From assembly GCF_000009045.1 (NCBI RefSeq), contig NC_000964.3:3240001-3272000 (forward strand): 32,000 bases of DNA. Direction: 5' to 3'. Numbering within the stretch: position 1 is the stretch's first letter; every line of letters begins with the position of its first letter. Below, piece by piece: positions 1 through 9,768 of this stretch. A program made the position numbers and the translations under genes. The notes under the pieces were generated by a model that saw nothing but the letters and a program-made list of their open reading frames with translations, made no database searches and was not told the origin of the DNA. Source of the DNA: Bacillus subtilis subsp. subtilis str. 168 (GTDB taxonomy: Bacteria; Bacillota; Bacilli; Bacillales; Bacillaceae).

Positions 1-1
1 A

Positions 2-1009
2 AACAGCGAAAAAAGCAGCGGCTCAGGCGAAGGCAAAAACAAATTCAGTGTGGCGATGGTTACTGACGTAGGCGGAGTGGATGACAAATCCTTCAACCAA
101 TCAGCCTGGGAAGGCATCCAAGCCTTTGGGAAAGAGAATGGGCTGAAAAAAGGCAAAAACGGTTACGACTATCTTCAATCCAAATCTGATGCAGACTATA
201 CAACGAACTTAAATAAATTGGCGCGTGAGAATTTTGACTTAATTTACGGCGTCGGCTACTTAATGGAGGATTCAATCAGCGAAATTGCTGACCAGCGTAA
301 AAATACAAACTTTGCGATTATAGATGCTGTTGTCGATAAAGACAACGTCGCAAGTATTACGTTTAAAGAGCAGGAAGGCTCATTTCTCGTCGGAGTGGCC
401 GCAGCCCTATCAAGCAAATCAGGAAAAATCGGCTTTGTAGGCGGCATGGAATCAGAGTTGATCAAAAAATTCGAGGTCGGCTTCCGTGCCGGCGTGCAAG
501 CAGTTAACCCTAAAGCCGTTGTAGAAGTGAAATACGCAGGGGGTTTCGATAAAGCCGATGTCGGTAAAGCAACCGCCGAAAGCATGTATAAATCAGGCGT
601 AGATGTTATTTATCACTCTGCGGGCGCCACTGGCACAGGCGTCTTTACTGAAGCGAAAAACCTGAAAAAAGAAGATCCAAAACGCGATGTCTGGGTCATC
701 GGTGTCGATAAAGACCAATACGCAGAAGGCCAGGTAGAAGGAACAGATGATAACGTCACCCTCACTTCCATGGTGAAAAAAGTAGATACAGTCGTTGAAG
801 ATGTAACGAAAAAAGCGAGTGACGGAAAGTTCCCGGGCGGCGAAACACTTACCTACGGGCTTGATCAAGACGGAGTCGGCATTTCTCCATCTAAACAAAA
901 TCTATCGGATGATGTGATCAAAGCGGTCGATAAATGGAAGAAAAAAATCATCGACGGATTGGAAATCCCGGCAACTGAGAAAGAGCTGAAAACCTTCAAA
1001 GCTGAATAA
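2..1009 (+). CDS. nupN (yufN): Purine nucleoside ABC transporter substrate-binding lipoprotein (BMP/Med family), 5' end outside the window
   Basis: Frame stays open from base 2 ([38 protein letters not shown]); BMP-family motifs [12 protein letters not shown] and VGFVGGMES-type segments; followed by cognate ATPase and permeases. Confidence 0.93.
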
Positions 1010-1016
1010 GAATCGC

Positions 1017-1050
1017 AGGGATAAGGAGGTCGAGCCCTTATCCCTTGTTT
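1017..1050 (+). terminator. Intercistronic stem-loop (AGGGATAAGG / CCTTATCCCT) followed by a T-rich tract, between nupN and nupO
   Basis: Perfect 10-bp inverted repeat at 1017-1026 and 1036-1045, then TGTTTTTCTTTT. Confidence 0.6.
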
Positions 1051-1084
1051 TTCTTTTATTTTGAAATAAAGGAGCGGTCAATCA

Positions 1085-2617
1085 ATGGAATATGTCATTG
1101 AAATGCTCAATATCCGCAAGGCGTTTCCAGGTATCGTCGCCAATGACAATATCAATCTTCAAGTCAAAAAAGGCGAAATACACGCGTTGCTCGGTGAAAA
1201 CGGAGCGGGGAAATCAACATTGATGAATGTCCTTTTCGGGCTGTATCAGCCGGAGCGGGGTGAAATTCGGGTGCGCGGCGAGAAGGTGCACATCAACAGC
1301 CCGAACAAAGCGAATGACCTTGGAATTGGAATGGTGCACCAGCACTTTATGCTTGTTGACACCTTTACAGTTGCTGAAAATATTATTCTCGGGAAGGAGC
1401 CAAAGAAGTTTGGCAGAATTGACCGGAAGCGTGCTGGCCAAGAGGTGCAGGACATTTCCGATCGATACGGCCTGCAGATCCATCCTGAAGCAAAAGCAGC
1501 TGACATATCAGTCGGTATGCAGCAGCGCGCAGAAATATTAAAAACCCTCTACCGCGGTGCCGACATTCTGATTTTTGATGAACCGACGGCTGTTTTGACG
1601 CCTCATGAAATTAAGGAACTGATGCAAATTATGAAGAACCTGGTCAAAGAAGGGAAGTCCATCATCTTAATCACCCATAAGCTGAAAGAGATTATGGAGA
1701 TTTGTGACCGCGTTACGGTTATCCGTAAAGGAAAAGGCATCAAAACCCTTGATGTCCGTGATACAAACCAAGACGAACTCGCCAGTCTAATGGTCGGCCG
1801 TGAGGTATCGTTCAAAACTGAAAAGAGAGCTGCTCAGCCGGGAGCGGAAGTGCTTGCGATTGACGGCATAACTGTAAAGGATACCCGCGGAATAGAGACA
1901 GTCAGAGATTTGTCTCTTTCTGTCAAAGCGGGAGAAATAGTCGGCATAGCAGGCGTCGACGGAAACGGGCAATCTGAGCTGATCGAAGCGGTGACAGGAC
2001 TCCGCAAAACAGATTCAGGAACAATCACCTTAAACGGAAAACAGATCCAAAACCTGACGCCAAGAAAAATCACTGAATCCGGGATCGGGCATATTCCTCA
2101 GGATCGCCATAAACACGGTCTCGTCCTTGATTTTCCAATCGGAGAGAATATCCTGCTGCAAAGCTATTACAAAAAGCCGTATTCAGCATTGGGCGTTTTA
2201 CATAAAGGCGAAATGTACAAAAAAGCACGCAGCCTGATCACTGAGTACGATGTCAGAACGCCGGATGAATATACACACGCTCGGGCATTGTCAGGCGGAA
2301 ACCAGCAAAAAGCGATTATCGGGCGGGAAATAGACCGAAATCCTGATTTATTAATTGCCGCCCAGCCGACTCGCGGCCTTGATGTCGGAGCGATTGAATT
2401 TGTCCATAAAAAGCTCATTGAGCAGCGTGATGCCGGGAAAGCCGTTCTTCTCCTCTCGTTTGAGCTTGAAGAAATTATGAATCTCAGTGACAGAATCGCC
2501 GTTATTTTTGAAGGACGCATTATCGCCAGCGTTAATCCGCAGGAAACCACTGAACAGGAGCTTGGTCTCTTGATGGCAGGAAGCACGCAAAAGGAAGCGG
2601 GGAAAGCAAATGGTTAA
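1085..2617 (+). CDS. nupO (yufO): Nucleoside ABC transporter ATP-binding protein, two ABC domains
   Basis: Walker A GENGAGKSTL, Walker B ILIFDEPTAVL, second domain with ALSGGNQQKAIIGREI signature; 510 aa. Confidence 0.95.
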   Translation: MEYVIEMLNIRKAFPGIVANDNINLQVKKGEIHALLGENGAGKSTLMNVLFGLYQPERGEIRVRGEKVHINSPNKANDLGIGMVHQHFMLVDTFTVAENIILGKEPKKFGRIDRKRAGQEVQDISDRYGLQIHPEAKAADISVGMQQRAEILKTLYRGADILIFDEPTAVLTPHEIKELMQIMKNLVKEGKSIILITHKLKEIMEICDRVTVIRKGKGIKTLDVRDTNQDELASLMVGREVSFKTEKRAAQPGAEVLAIDGITVKDTRGIETVRDLSLSVKAGEIVGIAGVDGNGQSELIEAVTGLRKTDSGTITLNGKQIQNLTPRKITESGIGHIPQDRHKHGLVLDFPIGENILLQSYYKKPYSALGVLHKGEMYKKARSLITEYDVRTPDEYTHARALSGGNQQKAIIGREIDRNPDLLIAAQPTRGLDVGAIEFVHKKLIEQRDAGKAVLLLSFELEEIMNLSDRIAVIFEGRIIASVNPQETTEQELGLLMAGSTQKEAGKANG

Positions 2618-3656
2618 ACGACTCTCTCATTTACTCGTGCCGCTCATCGCAATCATACTTGGTCTTGCGGCCGGCGCGTTGATTATGCTTGTGAGCGGCT
2701 ACAGTGTGGCTAGCGGATATTCGGCTTTGTGGAATGGGATATTCGGAGAAATCTATTATGTCGGAGAAACAATCCGGCAAATTACGCCTTATATTTTATC
2801 CGGATTGGCTGTCGCCTTTGCATTCCGAACCGGACTCTTTAATATCGGCGTCGAGGGACAGCTGCTCGTCGGCTGGACAGCAGCGGTTTGGGTCGGTACG
2901 GCGTTTGACGGACCGGCATATATTCACTTGCCGCTCGCATTGATTACAGCGGCAGCTGCAGGAGGATTATGGGGGTTTATTCCCGGCATTTTGAAAGCGC
3001 GATTTTACGTTCATGAAGTCATTGTCACCATTATGATGAATTATATCGCGCTGCACATGACCAATTACATCATTTCAAACGTCTTGACAGATCATCAGGA
3101 CAAGACGGGGAAAATTCACGAATCCGCCTCCCTCCGCTCTCCTTTTCTTGAACAGATCACCGATTACTCACGGCTGCATTTGGGAATCATCGTTGCCCTT
3201 CTCGCAGCAGTTATCATGTGGTTTATCATCAACAAATCTACAAAAGGATTTGAGCTCCGGGCGGTCGGGTTTAACCAGCACGCTTCCCAGTATGCCGGCA
3301 TGAGCGTGCGGAAGAATATCATGACCTCCATGCTTATCTCCGGCGCTTTTGCAGGTCTTGCCGGAGCCATGGAGGGCCTAGGGACATTCGAATACGCAGC
3401 AGTGAAAGGCGCATTTACCGGCGTAGGCTTTGACGGTATCGCTGTCGCTCTTCTCGGGGGAAACACAGCCGTAGGCGTTGTACTGGCAGCATGCCTGCTT
3501 GGCGGGCTGAAAATCGGCGCATTAAATATGCCGATTGAATCAGGCGTTCCATCAGAGGTCGTTGATATTGTGATTGCCATTATTATTCTATTTGTGGCTT
3601 CAAGCTATGCGATTCGTTTCGTCATGGGCAAATTGAAGAAAAAGGGGGCGAACTAA
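2610..3656 (+). CDS. nupP (yufP): Nucleoside ABC transporter permease
   Basis: Hydrophobic 348-aa ORF with the BPD_transp_2-type segment FRTGLFNIGVEGQLLVG; overlaps nupO by 8 nt. Confidence 0.93.
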   Translation: MVKRLSHLLVPLIAIILGLAAGALIMLVSGYSVASGYSALWNGIFGEIYYVGETIRQITPYILSGLAVAFAFRTGLFNIGVEGQLLVGWTAAVWVGTAFDGPAYIHLPLALITAAAAGGLWGFIPGILKARFYVHEVIVTIMMNYIALHMTNYIISNVLTDHQDKTGKIHESASLRSPFLEQITDYSRLHLGIIVALLAAVIMWFIINKSTKGFELRAVGFNQHASQYAGMSVRKNIMTSMLISGAFAGLAGAMEGLGTFEYAAVKGAFTGVGFDGIAVALLGGNTAVGVVLAACLLGGLKIGALNMPIESGVPSEVVDIVIAIIILFVASSYAIRFVMGKLKKKGAN

Positions 3657-4616
3657 GTGGACATTGTGCAGATTTTATCTATCATTGTCCCTGCCACACT
3701 CGTCTATGCGGCCCCGCTTATTTTAACTGCTCTCGGCGGCGTGTTTTCCGAGAGATCAGGTGTGGTGAATATCGGCCTAGAAGGCCTCATGATTATCGGG
3801 GCGTTCACCAGCGTGTTATTTAATTTATTTTTTGGTCAGGAATTAGGTGCCGCCGCACCTTGGCTTTCGCTCCTTGCCGCCATGGCAGCAGGCGCCCTGT
3901 TTTCACTGATTCACGCGGCAGCGGCGATTTCGTTTCGCGCCGACCAGACAGTCAGCGGTGTCGCCATTAACATGCTGGCGCTTGGGGCAACTTTATTTAT
4001 CGTCAAACTGATCTACGGCAAAGCGCAGACAGACAAAATTCCAGAGCCTTTTTATAAGACGAAAATCCCCGGTTTGGGCGATATTCCCGTCTTGGGAAAG
4101 ATCTTCTTTTCGGATGTCTATTATACGTCTATTCTTGCAATAGCACTTGCCTTTATTTCCTGGTTTATCTTGTTCAAAACGCCGTTCGGCCTTCGTATCC
4201 GTTCTGTCGGCGAGCATCCGATGGCGGCCGATACGATGGGAATCAACGTATATAAAATGCGCTACATCGGCGTGATGATCAGCGGATTGTTCGGCGGTCT
4301 CGGCGGCGGCGTATATGCCTCCACAATTGCGCTTGATTTCACGCACTCTACCATCTCCGGGCAAGGTTTTATCGCCCTGGCAGCGCTTGTATTCGGAAAA
4401 TGGCATCCGATCGGAGCACTGGGGGCCGCCCTGTTTTTCGGATTCGCCCAAAGCTTAAGCATCATTGGATCGCTGCTCCCTCTTTTTAAAGACATACCAA
4501 ATGTGTATATGCTGATGGCTCCTTATATCTTAACGATTCTCGCTTTAACCGGCTTTATCGGGCGGGCAGATGCGCCAAAAGCCAATGGCGTGCCTTATAT
4601 TAAAGGAAAAAGATAA
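3657..4616 (+). CDS. nupQ (yufQ): Nucleoside ABC transporter permease (GTG start)
   Basis: GTG start immediately after the nupP stop; hydrophobic 319-aa protein with FSERSGVVNIGLEGLMIIGAF. Confidence 0.93.
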   Translation: MDIVQILSIIVPATLVYAAPLILTALGGVFSERSGVVNIGLEGLMIIGAFTSVLFNLFFGQELGAAAPWLSLLAAMAAGALFSLIHAAAAISFRADQTVSGVAINMLALGATLFIVKLIYGKAQTDKIPEPFYKTKIPGLGDIPVLGKIFFSDVYYTSILAIALAFISWFILFKTPFGLRIRSVGEHPMAADTMGINVYKMRYIGVMISGLFGGLGGGVYASTIALDFTHSTISGQGFIALAALVFGKWHPIGALGAALFFGFAQSLSIIGSLLPLFKDIPNVYMLMAPYILTILALTGFIGRADAPKANGVPYIKGKR

Positions 4617-4621
4617 ACATT

Positions 4622-4656
4622 CTCCCCTGGGAAGACGATTCTCAGGGATTTTTTTC
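4622..4656 (+). terminator. Rho-independent terminator after the nup operon
   Basis: TCCCCTGGGAA...TTCTCAGGGA stem followed by TTTTTTTC, 5 nt past the nupQ stop. Confidence 0.75.
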
Positions 4657-4718
4657 TAATCCAAAAGACCCCCTTAATTTAATTGTTTATTAGTTTTTTA
4701 ACTTAAAAAAATATGAAG

Positions 4719-4732
4719 TGTTAACGCTTTCT
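4719..4732 (+). promoter_or_regulatory. Putative CcpA catabolite-response element (cre) upstream of maeN
   Basis: TGTTAACGCTTTCT matches the cre consensus TGWNANCGNTNWCA at 13 of 14 positions. Confidence 0.45.
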
Positions 4733-4769
4733 TGTAGACTGTAACAAACAATACATGGGGGTGTATGAC

Positions 4770-6116
4770 ATGGGAGCAATTCCAAAAACGGGGACAATTT
4801 CACCTGAGCAAAAAGACTCACAGGAGAAAAACCTGTTTCAAAAAATTTGGTCTTGGGAAATCGGTGTGATTCCTTTGCCATTATACACAGTATTAGCTGT
4901 TATTATTATTCTTGCAGCATATTACAATGAGCTGCCGGCAAATATGCTTGGCGGGTTTGCCATCATTATGATTCTTGGTGTGTTTCTCGGAGACATAGGC
5001 CAACGCATACCGATATTGAAGGATATTGGCGGCCCTGCTATTTTATCTTTGTTTGTTCCTTCATTTTTAGTCTTTTACAATGTACTGAATTCAACATCTT
5101 TAGACGCTGTAACCAACTTGATGAAAACGTCTAACTTCCTTTATTTCTATATCGCTTGCCTTGTTGTGGGAAGTATCCTCGGTATGAACAGAATTGTTTT
5201 AATACAGGGGTTTATCAGAATGTTCGTTCCACTGGTTGCAGGAACGATCGCGGCCGTTGCAGCCGGCATCCTTGTCGGATTTATTTTTGGCTATAGTGCC
5301 TATGATTCCTTTTTCTTTGTTGTTGTCCCGATTATTGCCGGGGGAATAGGTGAAGGGATTTTGCCGCTTTCAATCGCCTATTCACAAATACTGGGCTCAT
5401 CCGCCGATGTATTTGTGTCTCAGCTGGTGCCAGCCGCAATTATAGGAAACGTTTTTGCTATCATATGTGCAGCCTTAATGAAAAAGCTTGGCGACAAGCG
5501 TCCAGATCTAAATGGGAACGGACGTCTCGTAAAATCTAAAAAAGCAAATGAGATTTTCAATCAAAAAGAAGCCGAAGCAAAAATTGATTTTAAACTAATG
5601 GGAGCAGGAGTTCTGCTCGCGTGTACATTCTTTATTTTTGGCGGGTTATTGGAGAAATTCATCTTCATCCCGGGCGCGATCTTAATGATTATTTCAGCTG
5701 CGGCTGTCAAGTATGCAAATATTCTTCCGAAAAAAATGGAAGAAGGCGCTTACCAGCTTTATAAGTTTATTTCTTCAAGCTTTACATGGCCGCTGATGGT
5801 CGGTCTCGGCATCCTCTTTATTCCGTTGGATGACGTAGCGTCTGTGATTTCTATACCGTTTGTCATCATCTGTATTTCAGTTGTTATCGCGATGATTGGT
5901 TCTGGATATTTCGTAGGCAAGCTGATGAACATGTATCCGGTTGAATCCGCAATCGTTACCTGCTGCCACAGCGGTCTCGGCGGAACGGGTGATGTTGCCA
6001 TTTTATCGGCATCAGGAAGAATGGGCCTTATGCCGTTTGCCCAAATTTCAACCCGTCTCGGCGGTGCAGGCACAGTTATTTGCGCGACAGTGCTGCTTCG
6101 TTTTTTCACTTCATAA
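4770..6116 (+). CDS. maeN (yufR): Na+/malate symporter (2-hydroxycarboxylate transporter family)
   Basis: 448-aa protein starting MGAIPKTGTISPEQ, start preceded by a GGGGG-containing SD-like region; the family motif region SGLGGTGDVAIL is present. The 453-aa ORF track start at 4755 is probably 5 codons too far upstream. Confidence 0.93.
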   Translation: MGAIPKTGTISPEQKDSQEKNLFQKIWSWEIGVIPLPLYTVLAVIIILAAYYNELPANMLGGFAIIMILGVFLGDIGQRIPILKDIGGPAILSLFVPSFLVFYNVLNSTSLDAVTNLMKTSNFLYFYIACLVVGSILGMNRIVLIQGFIRMFVPLVAGTIAAVAAGILVGFIFGYSAYDSFFFVVVPIIAGGIGEGILPLSIAYSQILGSSADVFVSQLVPAAIIGNVFAIICAALMKKLGDKRPDLNGNGRLVKSKKANEIFNQKEAEAKIDFKLMGAGVLLACTFFIFGGLLEKFIFIPGAILMIISAAAVKYANILPKKMEEGAYQLYKFISSSFTWPLMVGLGILFIPLDDVASVISIPFVIICISVVIAMIGSGYFVGKLMNMYPVESAIVTCCHSGLGGTGDVAILSASGRMGLMPFAQISTRLGGAGTVICATVLLRFFTS

Positions 6117-6120
6117 ACAG

Positions 6121-6150
6121 AAAGAGTTCCGTTTTATGCGGAACTCTTTT
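6121..6150 (+). terminator. Terminator for maeN; the symmetric stem could also act on yufS transcription
   Basis: AAAGAGTTCCG-ttttatg-CGGAACTCTTTTTTT perfect stem plus T-run. Confidence 0.85.
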
Positions 6151-6151
6151 T

Positions 6152-6367
6152 TTATTTATTCACAATCCGAATATACTCTCGGGGACCAAACGGCAGATCC
6201 TTTGATTCCGTCTCACTCATTCTGGCTGACAGGTGGTGCTCCAGTAAATACAGCTCCCACTCATCACAAGCCGCCACACCGCTGCGCCCGTCATATTGAT
6301 TCAACATGAATGCCCCTGCAAATACTGAGCAGAATAAACCTGAGCACATCACGACTTTTGTTTTCAC
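6152..6367 (-). CDS. yufS: Small uncharacterised protein, 71 aa, with hydrophobic N-terminus
   Basis: MKTKVVMCSGLFCSVFAGAFML start preceded by GGAAAGGAGCTGGTC (SD) on the minus strand; syntenic position. Confidence 0.75.
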   Translation of the reverse strand: MKTKVVMCSGLFCSVFAGAFMLNQYDGRSGVAACDEWELYLLEHHLSARMSETESKDLPFGPREYIRIVNK

Positions 6368-6490
6368 ATGACCAGCTCCTTTCCTTCAGCTTGATCAGGA
6401 TTGATTTTAAATATACAAATAACCTCTTTTTTGTTAGACTTATTTTGAGGTCAAAAGAACTCATAAAAATCCATTACAGCAGTTCGAAGC

Positions 6491-6520
6491 GTGGCAGCTT
6501 GCAGAAAAGTGCGATATAAT
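6491..6520 (+). promoter_or_regulatory. Possible sigma-A promoter of the mrp operon (GTGGCA - 18 nt - TATAAT)
   Basis: Perfect -10 TATAAT at 6515-6520, about 80 nt upstream of the mrpA TTG start; weak -35. Confidence 0.4.
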
Positions 6521-6597
6521 TTGGACTAGGTCGTTTGACCGTATATTTTATACATAGCGCATTTTTCAATTGAGAACGAGAAAAGGAGGTCTTATCT

Positions 6598-9003
6598 TTG
6601 CAGCTCTTACATCTTGCTATTTTATCGCCTTTTTTATTTGCTTTTATCATTCCCTTCTTGGCAAAATACGCAAAAAGAGTGCATACGGGCTGGTTTGTGT
6701 TGATCCTGCCCGTCTTGCTGTTTATATACTTTCTCCCAATGATCAGGATGACGCAATCTGGAGAAACACTTCGATCGGTATTAGAGTGGATTCCGTCACT
6801 CGGCATTAACTTTACCGTTTATATAGACGGCCTCGGGTTATTATTCGCTTTACTGATCACAGGCATTGGCTCTTTGGTCACTCTTTACAGCATTTTTTAT
6901 TTATCGAAAGAAAAAGAACAGCTTGGGCCCTTTTATGTCTACTTATTGATGTTCATGGGCGCCATGCTCGGCGTCGTTCTAGTAGACAATGTCATGGTTC
7001 TCTACATGTTCTGGGAGCTTACAAGCCTTTCATCCTTTTTGCTGATCGGCTATTGGTATAAGCGGGAAAAGTCGCGCTATGGCGCAGCCAAATCACTTTT
7101 GATTACGGTCAGCGGCGGGCTGTGCATGCTCGGCGGATTTATTCTCCTTTATTTGATAACGGATTCCTTCAGTATTCGAGAGATGGTTCACCAGGTTCAA
7201 TTAATTGCCGGCCACGAATTGTTTATCCCGGCTATGATTCTCATTTTATTAGGGGCTTTTACGAAATCGGCGCAATTTCCTTTTTACATCTGGCTCCCTG
7301 ACGCGATGGAAGCTCCGACGCCTGTCAGCGCTTATCTCCATTCAGCTACTATGGTAAAAGCCGGCATTTATGTGATTGCGAGATTCAGTCCTATTTTCGC
7401 CTTTTCAGCTCAGTGGTTTTGGATCGTGTCCCTCGTCGGCCTCTTTACGATGGTTTGGGGTTCATTCCATGCCGTGAAACAAACTGATTTAAAATCGATT
7501 TTGGCGTTTTCAACCGTCAGCCAGCTCGGCATGATCATCTCCATGCTCGGAGTCAGTGCTGCGGCCCTTCATTACGGACATACAGAATATTATACAGTTG
7601 CCGCTATGGCTGCCATTTTCCATTTGATCAACCACGCAACCTTTAAAGGAAGCTTGTTTATGGCAGTCGGGATTATCGATCACGAAACAGGCACACGGGA
7701 TATCCGGAAGCTAGGCGGCCTGATGGCGATTATGCCGATTACTTTTACCATTTCCTTAATCGGGACATTTTCAATGGCCGGCCTACCGCCGTTTAACGGA
7801 TTTTTGAGTAAAGAAATGTTTTTCACAAGCATGCTTCGCGTGACACATTTTGACCTGTTCAACGTGCAGACATGGGGCGTTCTGTTCCCTCTTTTCGCCT
7901 GGATCGGAAGTGTATTTACGTTTATCTACAGCATGAAATTGCTGTTTAAAACATTCAGAGGAAATTACCAGCCTGAACAGCTTGAAAAACAGGCTCACGA
8001 AGCGCCTGTCGGTATGCTCGTTCCACCGGTCATTCTTGTCGCTTTGGCTGTCAGTCTCTTCTTTTTCCCGAATATATTGTCGTACAGCCTGATAGAGCCT
8101 GCGATGAACTCAATCTATCCGACACTGCTTGACGGCCATGAGAAATTCCACGTTCACATTTCACAGTGGCATGGGGTTACAACGGAATTGCTCATGACTG
8201 CGGGTATTGTTGTGATCGGAACAATTGGTTATTTGTCGCTGAATAAGTGGAAAGGAATCTATAAACTGTTTCCTTCGAAACTCACACTCAACCGGTTATA
8301 CGATAAGCTTTTGACTATGATGGAGAAAGGCTCTTACCGGGTCACAAAACAATATATGACCGGGTTTTTAAGAGATTATTTGCTGTATATCTTCGCTGGT
8401 TTCATCATTCTGATAGGCGGAGCTTTTGCCATTAAAGGCGGATTTTCATTTAAAACGGAAGGCATGGCTAAAATCGGTGTATACGAAATCATTTTGACGC
8501 TTGTCATGATCAGCGCCACAGTGGCGACTGTTTTTGCTAGGTCAAGACTGACGGCGATCATTGCACTCGGTGTTGTCGGTTATACGCTTGCATTGTTTTT
8601 TGTCATTTTCAGAGCGCCGGACTTGGCATTGACTCAGCTCGTCATTGAAACGATTTCTGTGGCACTGTTTCTGCTTTGCTTCTACCATTTGCCGAAACTG
8701 AGGCTGAAAACAAAAACGAGAACGTTCCGGATGACGAATTTTATCATTTCTTTAGGCGTCGGTGTTATCGTTACACTGCTCGGCATCGCATCCTCAAGCC
8801 AGCGGACAAAAGACAGCATTGCGTCCTTCTTTGTCAAACACAGCCACGATCTCGGCGGAGGGGATAATGTCGTCAATGTCATTCTCGTTGATTTCAGGGG
8901 ATTTGATACAATGTTTGAAATTACGGTATTAACGATAGCCGCTCTCGGCATTTACAGCATGATTAAAACAAAAGTAAAAGAGGAGGGGAAAAGCGGTGAA
9001 TGA
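6598..9003 (+). CDS. mrpA: Mrp Na+/H+ antiporter subunit A (TTG start)
   Basis: 801 aa, NuoL/ND5-like membrane protein (MYMFWELTSLSSFLLIGYW, PLPDAMEAPTPVSAYLHSATMVKAG-type motif) with the MrpA C-terminal extension; SD AAAGGAGG at 6581-6588. Confidence 0.96.
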   Translation: MQLLHLAILSPFLFAFIIPFLAKYAKRVHTGWFVLILPVLLFIYFLPMIRMTQSGETLRSVLEWIPSLGINFTVYIDGLGLLFALLITGIGSLVTLYSIFYLSKEKEQLGPFYVYLLMFMGAMLGVVLVDNVMVLYMFWELTSLSSFLLIGYWYKREKSRYGAAKSLLITVSGGLCMLGGFILLYLITDSFSIREMVHQVQLIAGHELFIPAMILILLGAFTKSAQFPFYIWLPDAMEAPTPVSAYLHSATMVKAGIYVIARFSPIFAFSAQWFWIVSLVGLFTMVWGSFHAVKQTDLKSILAFSTVSQLGMIISMLGVSAAALHYGHTEYYTVAAMAAIFHLINHATFKGSLFMAVGIIDHETGTRDIRKLGGLMAIMPITFTISLIGTFSMAGLPPFNGFLSKEMFFTSMLRVTHFDLFNVQTWGVLFPLFAWIGSVFTFIYSMKLLFKTFRGNYQPEQLEKQAHEAPVGMLVPPVILVALAVSLFFFPNILSYSLIEPAMNSIYPTLLDGHEKFHVHISQWHGVTTELLMTAGIVVIGTIGYLSLNKWKGIYKLFPSKLTLNRLYDKLLTMMEKGSYRVTKQYMTGFLRDYLLYIFAGFIILIGGAFAIKGGFSFKTEGMAKIGVYEIILTLVMISATVATVFARSRLTAIIALGVVGYTLALFFVIFRAPDLALTQLVIETISVALFLLCFYHLPKLRLKTKTRTFRMTNFIISLGVGVIVTLLGIASSSQRTKDSIASFFVKHSHDLGGGDNVVNVILVDFRGFDTMFEITVLTIAALGIYSMIKTKVKEEGKSGE

Positions 9004-9427
9004 ACAAAAAACAAATGACTTGATTCTTCAAACCGCGACAAAGCTTGTATCCTTTATCATTTTGCTTTTCTCTTTCTATTTATTTTTATCAGGGCATAAC
9101 GCGCCCGGAGGAGGCTTTGTCGGCGGACTGATCACGTCCTCTTCCATCGTTCTCTTGCTCTTGGCATATGATTTAAAAACCGTGCGTTCCCTTTTGCCTG
9201 TCAATTTCATTTATGTCGCGGGAGCCGGCCTTCTGCTCGCTGTATTAACAGGCGTTGGCTCCTTTGTCTTCGGGGCTCCTTTTTTAACCCACACATTCGG
9301 ATACTTTCAGCTGCCGATCCTTGGGAAAACGGAGCTCGCCACAGCGACGATATTTGATTTAGGCGTTTATCTTGTTGTCGTAGGCATAACGATGACCATT
9401 ATTCAAACGATTGGAGAGGAAGAATAA
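8996..9427 (+). CDS. mrpB: Mrp Na+/H+ antiporter subunit B (GTG start)
   Basis: 143 aa, overlaps mrpA by 8 nt; GHNAPGGGFVGGLI motif. Confidence 0.95.
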   Translation: MNEQKTNDLILQTATKLVSFIILLFSFYLFLSGHNAPGGGFVGGLITSSSIVLLLLAYDLKTVRSLLPVNFIYVAGAGLLLAVLTGVGSFVFGAPFLTHTFGYFQLPILGKTELATATIFDLGVYLVVVGITMTIIQTIGEEE

Positions 9428-9768
9428 TGGAAATCTTAATGGCTGTATTAGCCGGTATTATTTTTATGGCTGCTACGTATTTGCTGCTGTCTAAAAGCCT
9501 GCTTCGCGTCATTATCGGAACAGCACTGTTAAGCCATGGCGTTCATTTAATGCTTTTGACTATGGGAGGATTAAAGAAAGGCGCCGCTCCGATTTTGAGC
9601 GAGCATGCCAAATCATTTGTCGATCCGCTTCCGCAAGCCCTGATTTTGACCGCAATTGTCATTTCTTTTGGCGTTACGTCATTCATCCTCGTCATGGCCT
9701 TTCGCGCTTATCAGGAATTGAAATCGGACGATATGGATCAAATGAGGGGAAATGATCAACATGAATAA
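9427..9768 (+). CDS. mrpC: Mrp Na+/H+ antiporter subunit C (NuoK-like)
   Basis: 113 aa, TAATG overlap with mrpB; VIIGTALLSHGVHLMLL. Confidence 0.95.
   Translation: MEILMAVLAGIIFMAATYLLLSKSLLRVIIGTALLSHGVHLMLLTMGGLKKGAAPILSEHAKSFVDPLPQALILTAIVISFGVTSFILVMAFRAYQELKSDDMDQMRGNDQHE

Noticed and set aside
2167-2586. 139-aa minus-strand ORF inside nupO
   Set aside because: Antisense to the conserved second ABC domain; no recognisable protein features or SD.
4755-4769. Upstream ATG giving a 453-aa MaeN
   Set aside because: The internal MGAIPKTG start at 4770 has better SD spacing (GGGGG about 8-15 nt before it) and matches the remembered 448-aa protein.
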